Counted from the first letter of the stretch, positions 26,060 to 35,935 are shown. The stretch: DNA of 61,675 nucleotides from Candidatus Rokubacteria bacterium 13_1_40CM_68_15 (GCA_001917585.1 MNEG01000148.1:1-61675); one strand, 5' to 3'. The notes: a model not told the origin generated them from the sequence alone. Made by a program: numbers and translations.

Positions 26060-27115
26060 TCACGCCAGGGTGAGCGGTAGCCGAATCGTCTCGCCACGCG
26101 CGGCGCTCCGCGCGACCGCCTCGGTGAACTCCATGTAACGCACGCCATCGTCGAACGCGGTTCGGGTTACCCGCTCCTTGCCGCGGACGGCATTGACGAA
26201 CTCTTCCTCTACCCGCCAGCCGCCGCGTCGCTCGGCAGAGATGGCGATCTCGCTCAGCGCGCCATCGCCCCGGCGGCCGCCCCAGAGCCTGAGCGCGTCT
26301 GCCTCGACGCGCAGCGTGCCCTCGGTGCCGAACAGCCAGACCTCGCTGGCTGGCGCCAGCGCCGTCACCGAGCTGAATCGTAGGTGGCCGATCCCGCCGC
26401 GTTCGAGCTCGACCAGGATGTCCACGTGGTCTGGCACCGTGACCTGCCGCGGCACGCCGCTGGCGTCGCGCCGCTTCGGGACGGCCACCGACGTCATCGC
26501 GGACACGCGGGCTGCGGGACCGACCCAGCGCATCATGGCCTCGTACCAGATGCCCATGTTCAGGGTGTTGAAGCCGCTGAGGCTACCGTCCTGCCGCCAG
26601 TGCAGCGGAGCCTCACGCTCGACGAACTTGCCCTGGGTTGCCCGCACCTCGACGGCGAGCACGTCACCCAGATAGCCGTCGGCAATCAACGACTGCAGTG
26701 TGGCGTCGGCCCACAGCGTGTGCGGCGCCGGCACGAGCTGAGCGACCAGGTGCGGGGCGCGACGCGACGCCTCGAGCATGGCGTGGGCCTCGGCAGCGTT
26801 CATGGCCATGCGCGCCTCGCAAAGCACGTGCTTGCCGCGGGCGAGCGCGGCGATGGTCACGGCCGCGTGCAAGTATGGCCACGTCCCGATGCAGATCGCG
26901 TTGGTGTCGTCCGCCTCGACGAGCTGCCGCCACGTGTCGTACACACGCGGGATTCCGAATTCCTTGGCGGCGCGTTCGCCCGACTCGCGCGTCCGGTTGG
27001 CGACGCTCACGATCTCGACGCCCGGCTGCGCCCGCAGCTTCGGGATGTGGTACTTCCGTGTATTCGCTCCCGCTCCGACGACCCCGACCCGTAGCGTGCC
27101 CGCGTCCCCGCTCAC
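26060..27115 (-). CDS. Gfo/Idh/MocA family oxidoreductase
   Basis: 351 aa. VGVVGAGANTRKYH Rossmann and CEARM (EKP-like) block. Confidence 0.85.
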   Translation of the reverse strand: MSGDAGTLRVGVVGAGANTRKYHIPKLRAQPGVEIVSVANRTRESGERAAKEFGIPRVYDTWRQLVEADDTNAICIGTWPYLHAAVTIAALARGKHVLCEARMAMNAAEAHAMLEASRRAPHLVAQLVPAPHTLWADATLQSLIADGYLGDVLAVEVRATQGKFVEREAPLHWRQDGSLSGFNTLNMGIWYEAMMRWVGPAARVSAMTSVAVPKRRDASGVPRQVTVPDHVDILVELERGGIGHLRFSSVTALAPASEVWLFGTEGTLRVEADALRLWGGRRGDGALSEIAISAERRGGWRVEEEFVNAVRGKERVTRTAFDDGVRYMEFTEAVARSAARGETIRLPLTLA

Positions 27116-27434
27116 GATGTCCTCCCCGCCCGCCCGTCGGCGTCATGTGGCAACATTGCGACGCTGCGGCGTGGCATCCCTTCCTGCCCGGCGCGGCGGA
27201 TTTTCTCACGCTCGTCGTTTCAGTACACGTGAGCGACGATGCCGGACGTCGGGCTTCTCTCCAGGTGGGCGGCTCGCAGCGGATTCGGTGGCGTGTGGCA
27301 CGCCAATCTCCGCCTTACCGGACTCTTCGGCGCGGGCGCGCGGTGACATTTCCCGTCACTCGCTTGCCGAAGAATGGCAGAACGCCGGCGCTCGTTCGTC
27401 CTGCAACCACCTGATTCTACTGGGCGCGGAGCCT

Positions 27435-27450
27435 TGGCATGGACGGTGCT
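27435..27450 (+). promoter_or_regulatory. Candidate sigma54 (-24/-12) promoter upstream of pilin 1
   Basis: TGGCAT-ggacg-GTGCT with canonical GG-N10-GC spacing, about 85 nt upstream of ATG 27535. Confidence 0.4.
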
Positions 27451-27534
27451 CTCCGTGGCCGCAGAGACGGCGAACACGCCAGCAGGGGTAGCGTGACGCC
27501 GCGATGTGGGACGAAACGCATTGAAGGAGGGCAT

Positions 27535-27954
27535 ATGTTGAACTTCTGGCACAAGAGACGCTGCACGATGGGCAATCAGCGCGGCTTCACGCTGATCGAG
27601 CTGATGATCGTCGTTGCGATCATCGGTATCCTGGCCGCCATCGCCGTTCCGCTCTACGCCAACATGCAGGCGCGGGCGCGCATCGCGAAGGCCCAGGCTG
27701 ACATCCGCGGTATGGCCTCGGCCGTGTCGGCGTGGGGCGCGCACATGGGCGTGCTGCCCAGCGCGCTCGGTCTGCTGACAGCGATCGCGACGAACGCGCA
27801 GAACATCACGGCCGGTCCGTTCATGGCCGCGATCCCGACGCCGCCGAGTACAGCGTGGACGCCCAGTGGCAATTACTCTTACGCCATCAACGCCGCGCTC
27901 GGCACGTTCACGATCTCGGCCGCTGGCGATGGCGCCACGGTGTCGGCTCCTTAG
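27535..27954 (+). CDS. Prepilin-type (pseudo)pilin, PulG/PilA-like, paralog 1
   Basis: GAAGGAGG SD. Leader MLNFWHKRRCTMGNQRG followed by FTLIELMIVVAIIGILAAIAVP (class III signal / N-methylation motif). ARIAKAQADIR block. Confidence 0.85.
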   Translation: MLNFWHKRRCTMGNQRGFTLIELMIVVAIIGILAAIAVPLYANMQARARIAKAQADIRGMASAVSAWGAHMGVLPSALGLLTAIATNAQNITAGPFMAAIPTPPSTAWTPSGNYSYAINAALGTFTISAAGDGATVSAP

Positions 27955-27972
27955 CTTCGCCTCTTGAACCGT

Positions 27973-28006
27973 GGGAGGGGCCCCGCGGCCCCTCCCGCGA
28001 TTTGTC
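27973..28006. terminator. Strong hairpin terminator between convergent pilin and kinase genes
   Basis: Perfect 10-bp stem GGGAGGGGCC/GGCCCCTCCC, 4-nt loop, then GCGATTTGTCTCT. Confidence 0.6.
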
Positions 28007-28008
28007 TC

Positions 28009-30054
28009 TCAGGTCCCGCCCGCCAGCAACGCGACGACTCGACCCAGCTCCACCGGCTCTACCGGCTTCGGGATGTGTACCTGATACCCGGCGGCGAGCG
28101 CGCGCTGCCGATCCTCGCTCCGCGCGTAGCCGGTGAGCGCGATGGCCGGCGTCCTGACCGGAAGCCGATGCAAACGGTCGATCAGCGCGTAACCGTCCTC
28201 GCCGGGTAGCGCGATGTCGGCCACCACGACGTGCGGCTGCCACGTCGCGACCGCGTGAAGGGCATCGTGCACTGAGACGACCCCGCGCGTGGCCGCGCCG
28301 AATCCGGTGAGCGCCGTCTCGAGGAGCTCGCGAGTGTCCCGATCGTCTTCGACGATGAGCACGCGAACGCCCCGCAGGGTCGCCGGCGACGTCTCGACGG
28401 CGGGCCGCTCGCTGGTCGAGGCCTGGACGAGCGGCAGCTCGACGATGAACGAAGACCCCGCTCCGCGACCGGCGCTCGCCGCGGATACGCGGCCGCCGTG
28501 CAGGTCGACGAGATGACGCACGATGGCGAGACCGATGCCGAGGCCGCCGTGCACGCGCGTGAGCGAGCTGTCGGCCTGCCGGAAGGTGTCGAAGACGTGG
28601 GGTAGGAAGTCGGCGCTCAGTCCGGGGCCGGTGTCGGCCACGGTCAGACGAGCCCGCTCCGTGTCGGCCTCGAGACTGACGCTGATGTCGCCACCCGCCG
28701 GGGTGAACTTGATCGCGTTGGCGAGCAGGTTGCCGGCGACCTGCTGGAGTCGTCCGGCGTCTCCCGCCACCATCAGCGGCGCGTCGGGCAGGGCCGTTCG
28801 AAGATGCAGGCCCGCGGCCTCGATGGCCGGTCGCGCGGAGTCCAGTGACGCCTCGACGACGTGCACGAGATCGAGCGGATGCGCGTCGAGCGCGAACGTG
28901 CCGCTGGCGATGCGCGAGATGTCGAGGAGATCGTCGACGAGCGCGGTCTGGGCCACCGCGTTGCGCTCGATCGTCTCGAGCGCGCGCTCGGTGGCGTCGG
29001 ACGCGACCTTGCCCGAACGGAGCATGCGTGCCCAGCCCAGGATCGAGGTCAGGGGCGTGCGCAGCTCGTGCGACAGCACCGTCAGGAACTCGTCCTTGGC
29101 GCGGTTGGCCCCGGCCGCTTCCTGGAAGAGACGGGCATTGTCGGCGGCGAGCGCGGCGCGACGGGCCAGCTCCTCGGCGCTGGCCAGGTCGTCGGGCGCG
29201 AACCGACGGCGGGATTCCGCGGCGGCGAACGCGATCACCCCGAAGGTGCGGTCGCGAGCGGTCAGCGGCACGAGCATCAGCGAGCAGAGCCCCAGCCGGC
29301 GATCGAGATAGACCGGACGCAGATCGGGTCGGCCGCTGTGGATCACCGCCGACACGCCGTCGGGCGCGTCGGGATCGAGCGCTCCGCCGTGGACGGTGTC
29401 CCATCCGAGCGGCTCGCGCGTGGGATCGAGGTGCGCGACAGCCACCCGGCGCGCGCGCCCGCCTTCGTCGACCACGTCCACGAAGCACCAGTCGGCCAGC
29501 TCGGGGACGGCCAGCCGGGCCAGCGTCTTGAGCGTCGCTTCGTATTCCAGTGATGCGCTCAGGACCGTGCTCGCCTCGGCGAGGAACGCGAGCCGGCGCT
29601 GGGCCGCGTCGGCTTCGACGGCGGCCGCCACGACGTTGGCGACGGCGGCGAGATAGTGCACGTCGTCGCCGTTGAAGTCGCGCCGGCGCCGCGTGTGGAC
29701 GCCGAGCACGCCCCAGGAGCGGCGCGGACCACCGATGACCACGCTGACCCCACTCACGACGCCGTGAACTTCGAGAAAGCGCGTCTCGGCCTCATCGGTC
29801 ATCGTGAGGACGCCCACCGCGCCGGGCCGCCAGCCCACACCGGCGCGCAGCAGCGAGGCGTCGCCGCTGGGCAGCCGCTCGAGGATCTTCACGTACTCGA
29901 CCTCGAGTGTGTCGGCGACGAGTCGGACCGCTTCCGGCAGCAGCACGCGCAGGTCGCGCACGGCGAGCGCGCGTTGTCCGAGCGCTGCGATGGCCGCCTG
30001 CTGACGCTCGCGAATGCGAAGCGCGTGTTCGAGGGTTTCTCCCGCGATGCTCAC
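28009..30054 (-). CDS. Hybrid sensor histidine kinase (GAF domains + HisKA + HATPase_c + receiver)
   Basis: H-box FLTVLSHELRTPL, N/G boxes (LANAIKFTP, DTGPGL, GGLGIGLAIV), C-terminal receiver VLIVEDDRD...ADIALPGEDG...HIPKP. Start set at GTG 30054. The Cys-rich extension up to 30237 is rejected. Confidence 0.8.
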   Translation of the reverse strand: MSIAGETLEHALRIRERQQAAIAALGQRALAVRDLRVLLPEAVRLVADTLEVEYVKILERLPSGDASLLRAGVGWRPGAVGVLTMTDEAETRFLEVHGVVSGVSVVIGGPRRSWGVLGVHTRRRRDFNGDDVHYLAAVANVVAAAVEADAAQRRLAFLAEASTVLSASLEYEATLKTLARLAVPELADWCFVDVVDEGGRARRVAVAHLDPTREPLGWDTVHGGALDPDAPDGVSAVIHSGRPDLRPVYLDRRLGLCSLMLVPLTARDRTFGVIAFAAAESRRRFAPDDLASAEELARRAALAADNARLFQEAAGANRAKDEFLTVLSHELRTPLTSILGWARMLRSGKVASDATERALETIERNAVAQTALVDDLLDISRIASGTFALDAHPLDLVHVVEASLDSARPAIEAAGLHLRTALPDAPLMVAGDAGRLQQVAGNLLANAIKFTPAGGDISVSLEADTERARLTVADTGPGLSADFLPHVFDTFRQADSSLTRVHGGLGIGLAIVRHLVDLHGGRVSAASAGRGAGSSFIVELPLVQASTSERPAVETSPATLRGVRVLIVEDDRDTRELLETALTGFGAATRGVVSVHDALHAVATWQPHVVVADIALPGEDGYALIDRLHRLPVRTPAIALTGYARSEDRQRALAAGYQVHIPKPVEPVELGRVVALLAGGT

Positions 30055-30223
30055 GGGGCCGCAGCATACACCGATGCGTGGTGCGCACAATAGAACAGAC
30101 CGCCGCGAGATCAGACGTCGCGCACGGGCCTCGCAAGTCTTACAATTGCGTCGGCGGATGTTGCGGCACTGCCCTTGCTGTGCTGCGTTCTTGCAAATCC
30201 AAGGGTTCAAGGAGGGGGAACGT

Positions 30224-30406
30224 ATGGGCCGATTCATTCTCGGAGTGATCGTTGGCGCGGCGGCGGTGTGGTTCTACGGGCGCGACCTCATCGAATACGT
30301 CGACGACAAGACGCGGATCGCCCGGGCCAAGGCCGCCGACACGCTGCATTCCGCGGCCGAGACGCTGCAAGGCGCGCGGGAGACCATCGACCGGCGCATC
30401 AGCTAG
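30224..30406 (+). CDS. Small membrane-anchored protein (YtxH-like)
   Basis: 60 aa. AAGGAGGGGG SD. N-terminal TM (FILGVIVGAAAVWFYG) followed by a helical tail. Confidence 0.45.
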   Translation: MGRFILGVIVGAAAVWFYGRDLIEYVDDKTRIARAKAADTLHSAAETLQGARETIDRRIS

Positions 30407-30825
30407 GTCCCGGTCGAGCCGAACCCGGCCTCCCCGCGCTGGCTGGCCGGAAGGTGATCGACGACGTCGAGGTGGGCGTGGGCGACCGGCTGGATGATGA
30501 GCTGAGCGATGCGTTCACCCCGCGCGAAGCTCGCGGGCTCGCGATCGTGATTGATCAGCAACACCTTTACCTCCCCGCGATAGCCCGCGTCGATGAGGCC
30601 GGGGGCATTGAGGACCGTGACGCCGTGGCGCAGGGCAAGACCCGACCGCGGCAGGACCAGTCCGGCGTACCCGGACGGGATCGCCACGGCCACCCCGGTC
30701 GGCACCAGCGCGCGGGCGCCGGGGGCCAGCGTCACCGCCTCGGCCGTACAGAGGTCGAGGCCAGCGTCGCCCTCACGAGCATAGGCAGGAAGCGGCACGG
30801 CGGCGTCGAGCCGGCGAACGGCCAC
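30403..30825 (-). CDS. dut: dUTP diphosphatase
   Basis: 140 aa. AGLDL, VLPRSGLA, GLIDAGYRGE, RIAQL and GFGSTG, the five dUTPase motifs. Confidence 0.9.
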   Translation of the reverse strand: MAVRRLDAAVPLPAYAREGDAGLDLCTAEAVTLAPGARALVPTGVAVAIPSGYAGLVLPRSGLALRHGVTVLNAPGLIDAGYRGEVKVLLINHDREPASFARGERIAQLIIQPVAHAHLDVVDHLPASQRGEAGFGSTGT

Positions 30826-30835
30826 ACGGACAGTG

Positions 30836-31822
30836 TCAGACAGTGAGCACCACCTTGCCGTAACTCTCGCGCGAGGCGATCGCCGCCAGCGCCTGGGCGG
30901 CGTCGCGCAGCGGATAGCTCTTGAAGATCACCGGCCTCAGCCGGCCGCTGGCGACGAGCGCCAGCAGCTCGCTCATCCACCGCTTCACCGTCGCGGGGTC
31001 GCGCTCGTTGTAGAGCCCCCAGTGCACCCCGATGACGTCGATGTTCTTGAGCAGCACTCGGTTGGTGGCGACCTCGGCGATGCGGCCGCCAGCGAAGCCG
31101 ATCACGAGCAGGCGGCCCTCGAACGCGATGCAGCGGGTCGACCCGTCGAAGACGTCACCACCGACGGGGTCGTAGACGACGTCGGCGCCGCGCCCGCCGG
31201 TCTCCGCCTTGACGGCCTCGATCCAGTCCTGCGGCCGGTAGTTGATCAGTACGTCGGCCCCGGCGGCGCGCGCCACCTCGAGCTTCTCGGCGCTGCCGGC
31301 CGTGGCGAGCACCCGCGCGCCCAGCACCTTTCCGATCTGCACGGCGGACAGCCCGACGCCGCCGGCGGCGCCGTGTACGAGGAGTGTCTCGCCGGGCCGC
31401 ACGCGCGTGCGATGGGTGAGCGCGCACCACGACGTCTGATAGACGAGGCCGAACGCCGCGCCCTCTTCGAAGGTCATCGCGTCGGGCAAGGCGTGCGTGC
31501 GGGCGACCGGCGCCACCGCCCGCTCGGCGTAGCCGCCCCACTTGAGGAGCGCGAAGACGCGCTGGCCGACCGCGAATTCGGTGACGCCGCCGCCGAGCGC
31601 GCGCACGACACCGGCCACCTCGTGACCCGGGCTGAAGGGTAGCGGCGGCTTCGTCTGGTACTTGCCCTGCAGCATGAGGATGTCGGGGAAGTTGCAACCG
31701 ACGGCGCGCACGTCGATGAGGACCTCGCCGGGAGCGGGTGTGGGCTCGGTCACGTCGGCGTACACGAGACTGGCGGGCTCGCCCCACGCGCGCGCGACCA
31801 TGGCCTTCATGGCGGCGGCCAT
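30836..31822 (-). CDS. NADPH:quinone oxidoreductase / zinc-type alcohol dehydrogenase family (Qor-like)
   Basis: 328 aa. MKAMVARAWGEP..., PFSPGHEVAGVV, LVHGAAGGVGLSAVQ. Start ATG 31822 or 31810. Confidence 0.85.
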   Translation of the reverse strand: MAAAMKAMVARAWGEPASLVYADVTEPTPAPGEVLIDVRAVGCNFPDILMLQGKYQTKPPLPFSPGHEVAGVVRALGGGVTEFAVGQRVFALLKWGGYAERAVAPVARTHALPDAMTFEEGAAFGLVYQTSWCALTHRTRVRPGETLLVHGAAGGVGLSAVQIGKVLGARVLATAGSAEKLEVARAAGADVLINYRPQDWIEAVKAETGGRGADVVYDPVGGDVFDGSTRCIAFEGRLLVIGFAGGRIAEVATNRVLLKNIDVIGVHWGLYNERDPATVKRWMSELLALVASGRLRPVIFKSYPLRDAAQALAAIASRESYGKVVLTV

Positions 31823-32243
31823 CGTAGCACGCGACCTTACGGTCGCGGTTCCGACGCAGGGCGGCCTGCAGGTCGTCGAACGTCAGCCGCTCACGACGGA
31901 GGTTCTCGTGGAGCACCTGGCCGTTGTGAACCAGCATCGTCGGGCGCGCTTCGAGGAGCCGGCGGGCCCACTTCGAGCGGTAGGACACTTCCACCACGAG
32001 GTAATTGACGCCCAGGATCGTCGCCGCTCCGAGCAGCCCACCGCCCAGCGAATTGTCGTCGCCGATGAGGGCGTTCTGCACGACGTTCGAGATCACCAGC
32101 AGCACGACGAGATCGAACGGCGTGAGCTGCCCGACCTGCCGCTTCCCCGTGATCCGGAAGGCGACCAGCAGGAAGGCGTACACCACGACCGAGCGCAGCA
32201 CCTTCTCGGCAACCGAGACGTTGGGCACGAAGATGTCGATCAT
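31823..32243 (-). pseudogene. DUF421 (YetF-like) membrane protein, apparently 3'-truncated
   Basis: The N-terminal ~125 aa (MIDIF...FRITGKRQVGQLTPFDLVVLLVISN...LVHNGQVLHENLRRERLTFDDLQAALRRN) match the family. The ORF then runs out of frame through the qor-like gene to 31155 with Arg-rich junk. Confidence 0.45.
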
Positions 32244-32266
32244 GGCGACATGATACCTTCGCGCTC

Positions 32267-33469
32267 GTGCCGCACGCGCTCGATGGCGTCAGCGTGCTCG
32301 ATCTCGCGACGTTCCTGGCCGCGCCCATGTGTGCGACGCTCCTCGGCGAGTTCGGCGCCGAGGTGATCAAGGTCGAGCAACCCGGCGTCGGCGATGATCT
32401 CCGTCGGCTCGGCCGCCCGGCGGCCGGCGGTGCGCCCTCGTACTGGTGGCTGGTCGAGGCGCGTAACAAGAAGTCGATCACGTGCAATCTCCGCGACGCC
32501 GAGGGCCAGACCCTGATGCGTCGCCTCGTTGCCCGCACCCACGTCGTCACCGAGAACTTCCGGCCGGGAACGCTCGAGCGCTGGAATCTCGGCTGGGAGG
32601 ACCTGGCGCGCGTGAACCCGACGCTGGTCATGGTGCGCATCTCGGCCTTCGGTCAGACGGGCCCGCGGCGTGAGCAGCCCGGCTTCGGCCGCATCGCCGC
32701 CGCCGTGGGCGGCCTGTCGTACGTCTCGGGCTATCCCGATCGGCCGCCCGTCACGCCGGGAACGCCGACGGTGCCCGACTATCTGGCCGGCGTCTTCGCC
32801 GCCGTCGGCGCGCTGGCCGCGTTACGGCACGCGGAGCGGACGGGGCACGGGCAGGTGGTCGACGTCGGGCTCTACGAGCCGGTGCTTCGCGTGCTCGACG
32901 ACGCCATCGCCGTCTACGGCGGCACCGGCGTGCTCCGCGAGCGCATCGGCTCGGGCACGGAGAGCGCGACGCCCCACAACCATTACCGCACGCGCGACGG
33001 TCGGTGGCTGGCCATCGCCTGCACGAACGATCGAATGTTCGGCCGGCTCCTGGACGCGATGGACCGCGCCGATCTGCGCGACGATCCACGCCTGGCCACC
33101 ACGCGCCAGCGCCTCGCGCATCGTCAGCTCGTCGACGACCTCGTGGCCACGTGGGTGGGTGGGCGCGACGCCGAGGAGGTGCTGGCCGCCCTGGCCAGGG
33201 CCGAGGTGCCGTCGTCGCTCGTGATGAGCGTGCGCGATTTGTTCGAGGATGCGCACGTCCGGGCCCGCGGCAACATCATCTCGATGGCCACAGCGGTCGC
33301 GGGCGCGCTGGCCATGCCCGGCGTCGTGCCGCGGCTGACGCTGACGCCGGGCGAGGTGCACGCGCCCGGTCCGATCACGCCTGGACAGGACAACGAGGAG
33401 ATTTACGGGGAGCGACTGGGCCTCGACAGCGCGGACCTCGCCCGCCTCCGCGGCCGGGGCATCATCTGA
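32267..33469 (+). CDS. CaiB/BaiF family (class III) CoA-transferase
   Basis: 400 aa. LDGVSVLDLATFLAAPMCATLLGEFGAEVIKVE and ENFRPG motifs. GTG start. Confidence 0.85.
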   Translation: MPHALDGVSVLDLATFLAAPMCATLLGEFGAEVIKVEQPGVGDDLRRLGRPAAGGAPSYWWLVEARNKKSITCNLRDAEGQTLMRRLVARTHVVTENFRPGTLERWNLGWEDLARVNPTLVMVRISAFGQTGPRREQPGFGRIAAAVGGLSYVSGYPDRPPVTPGTPTVPDYLAGVFAAVGALAALRHAERTGHGQVVDVGLYEPVLRVLDDAIAVYGGTGVLRERIGSGTESATPHNHYRTRDGRWLAIACTNDRMFGRLLDAMDRADLRDDPRLATTRQRLAHRQLVDDLVATWVGGRDAEEVLAALARAEVPSSLVMSVRDLFEDAHVRARGNIISMATAVAGALAMPGVVPRLTLTPGEVHAPGPITPGQDNEEIYGERLGLDSADLARLRGRGII

Positions 33470-33472
33470 CGG

Positions 33473-35376
33473 CTAGTTTCGAGAACTGCGGTCGCCGCGA
33501 TCGCGGTCGGTGGAGACGACCCACTCGGAGAGGCGCTTGAGGATCTCGATGGTGAGCTGGGGCCGGTTGCGGATGAGCCACTCCAAGCGCTCGTTCTTGA
33601 TGACGAGGAGCTCGACGTCGGTGCCCGCCAGCGCGGACGCCGAACGCGGCGCCTTGCGAAAGAGCGCCATCTCGCCCAGCAGCTCGCCCTCGCCCAGCGT
33701 GGACAGGTGACGCTCGGTGCCGTCGAGCTGCTTCCGGATGTCCACCGAACCTGTGTGCACCACGTACGCTTCCGCGTGGGCATCGTCGCCCTCGCGGAAG
33801 ATCGTGTCCCCCGCTTTGTAGCGCCGGCGCTCGACGTCGCCCAGCGTGAGGTTCTTGTAGATCTCGAGGCCGATGGAAGGCAGGTGCGACTTCGCTTCCA
33901 CCGGGAGCCGGGCGTTCGTCCAGCCGCCCAGGCCGCCCTTGAGGATGCGCACGTTCGAGAACTTGCGCTGCCGGAGCAGCTGCGCGACGCGCGCGCTGGT
34001 GGCTTCATCCGGGCTCGTGCAGTACGTGATGATCAGCTGCTCGGACTCGGCGTCGAGCGGGATGCGGCCCTTCTCGGCGTCGTCCGGGTCGAGGCGCACG
34101 GAGCCCGGCAGCTTGAGCGGGCTCGTGTCGTAGTCGGTCGTGGTGCGCACGTCGACGAGCAGCGGGCTCAGGCCGTTCTCGATGAACCCGATCACGTGGG
34201 CCGGCAGGACGCGGAAGCGGTTGCGCCACCACCGGCGTCCCCACATCCCGCCGTAGGCGCCCACCGAGAGCAGCGTCACGCCCACCGTCGCCCACGCCCA
34301 CGGAAACGGCCGGGGCGGGGGATTCTTCACCCGCTCCTCGGCCTCGGCCAGCGTGCGTTTGACGTCGGCGAGGTTGGGGACCAGGCGGTTGGCCTCGCCG
34401 ATCTTCTGCACCGCCAGCGCGTCGCGGCCGCGGAAGAACGCCATGAGCCCGGCTTCCCAGGCGACGTTGAAGGGGCTCTCGCCCGTTTTCTTGACCGGCG
34501 TGTCGGCGAGGAACTTCAGGACGTCGCGGGCCGGGATCAGGAAGTTGAAGCCCTGGACGATGGCGCCGCCGGACGGCGAGAGCGAGACGAAGGTCATCAC
34601 GCCCACCAGCGACGCGTCGTCGCGGATGGCGGGCCCGCCGCTGTTGCCGTGAGCGGCCGGAGCGTCGGTCTGCAGCACGTCCTGGCCTATGGCGTCCTGC
34701 TTGAATCCCGAGATGGCGCCGTTGGTCACCGAGGCTTCGAGCGTCACGCTCTGGTTCAGGAGCTCGTGAGAGAGGACGACGCCCGGGAAGCCGAGGATGT
34801 GGACGGGATCCCCGATGTTGACGTCGCGCGTGCCGCCCGAGAGCGCCGGGTAGACGCCATCGGCGACCTTGAGCAGCGCCAGGTCCCGCCCCGAATCCTT
34901 CACCGGCCGCCCAGCAGGACGGTGATCTGCGCCTGGGGTGTGAAGCGCATCCCGGCTATCGCCAGGTCCATCATCTCGCGGCGCAGCCGCTCCTCGATGT
35001 CGGGGCGCTGACCGCGGGCCATCTTCTGAGCCTGGAGCGCGGGCTCGACACACGCCTGGTCGATGGCCGTCTTCTTCAGCTCATGGGTGACCCATGGGGG
35101 CAGCCGGTGGGCGGGATCGACCACGTGCGCGTTGGTCACCACCCAGCCCCGCCCGTCCACGACCCAGCCGGTGCCGGTTTCGACGAATGGCCGTGGCTTG
35201 ACCGTGACCGGACCCTGACCGCAATTGATGGTGACTTCGGCGTCCACGCGGGCGGTGATGAGCGCCACGGCCGGCTTGGCGCGGAGGATCGCCTCCTGCA
35301 CCGAAAGTGCCGATGACGACGCGGGTGCCGCGAGCGCGGCGAGCGTGAAGGCGGCGCCGGCCAGCAGGCGCTTCAT
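33473..35376 (-). pseudogene. Trypsin-like serine protease / TM / rhodanese / cyclic-nucleotide-binding fusion protein, split by one frameshift
   Basis: N-part (ATG 35376, signal MKRLLAGAAFTLAALAAPASS, His block VVTNAHVV) ends at TGA 34900-34902. It continues in ORF 33473..35053 from PVKDSGRDLALLKV (Asp) and GNSGGP (Ser). A TM helix, a rhodanese domain (ITYCTSPDE) and a cNMP domain (GEGELLGEMALF...RSASA) follow. Confidence 0.7.
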
Positions 35377-35425
35377 GCCCTCGCACCCTATCATGGAGCG
35401 CCATGGATGGACAGAACGGCCCCGG

Positions 35426-35935
35426 TCAGTGTCCCCAGCGCGCGGCGTGGTAGAGACGGCGCTGCTCGTCGGTGAGCCGGTCACGCGTCTTGAGATGCGT
35501 GAGCAGGTGGACCAGCCGCAGATCGGTGTGGGCACGCTCGACGTCGGCCACTGCCGCCCGCACCGATGCCTCGTCGGCGGTGCCGCTCGCGAAGAGCGAG
35601 CGCAGCCGCCGCTCGGTGGCGAGCAGCCGGCCCGCGGCGGGCCGCGAGTCGGCGAACATCGCCTCCATCATCCGCTGCATCGCGCGCTCCTGTTCGGGGC
35701 TGAGCCGCAACAAATCCTTGAGCTCGAGGACGTGCAACGGGCCTGGATAGCCTTCCTGGTCGGCGACGAAGGCCAGACCGAACCCCCGACCGTCGGCAAT
35801 CACCTGCTCGAACTGTTTCTGACACTGTTGCGCCACGAGATGCGGCTCGCCACCATGCCCGCCGTCGTGCCTGTGCTGTGCTCCTGCCAACGTCGCCATG
35901 GCGAGAACGATCCCGACCGCCGTCCACGTCCTCAT
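35426..35935 (-). CDS. Periplasmic Spy/CpxP-family (LTxxQ-motif) protein
   Basis: Start MRTWTAVGIVLAMATLAGA (ATG 35935, GGAGGG SD). LSPEQ and LTDEQ motifs. His-rich N-terminus. Confidence 0.55.
   Translation of the reverse strand: MRTWTAVGIVLAMATLAGAQHRHDGGHGGEPHLVAQQCQKQFEQVIADGRGFGLAFVADQEGYPGPLHVLELKDLLRLSPEQERAMQRMMEAMFADSRPAAGRLLATERRLRSLFASGTADEASVRAAVADVERAHTDLRLVHLLTHLKTRDRLTDEQRRLYHAARWGH

Noticed and set aside
26001-26060. Second functional tRNA or tmRNA-like gene at the tRNA-Asp-like repeat
   Set aside because: Only the T-arm/acceptor 3' half is similar. The T-stem has mismatches (GCAGG/CTCGT), and there is no matching 5' acceptor strand, D-arm or 7-nt anticodon loop.
27294-27312. 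TGGCAC at 27296-27301 as a sigma54 promoter for pilin 1
   Set aside because: The -12 position reads TCTC instead of TTGC/CTGC, so there is no GC dinucleotide at the right spacing. The element at 27435 fits better.
30055-30237. Cys-rich N-terminal extension of the histidine kinase (MNRPIRSPSLNPWICKNAAQQGQCRNIRRRNCKTCE...) as a zinc-finger module
   Set aside because: It lies in the divergent promoter region, overlaps the start and SD of the YtxH-like gene, is locally AT-richer, and has poor third-position G/C bias. GTG 30054 gives a sensible GAF-domain start.
34895-34915. Programmed ribosomal frameshifting at this and the other frame breaks (18851, 52815, 53559, 53975, 54460, 60545)
   Set aside because: No slippery heptamer (X XXY YYZ or A AAA AAG type) or downstream pseudoknot-like structure was seen at any site. 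The directions and sizes of the shifts are heterogeneous (+2, -1, +1).
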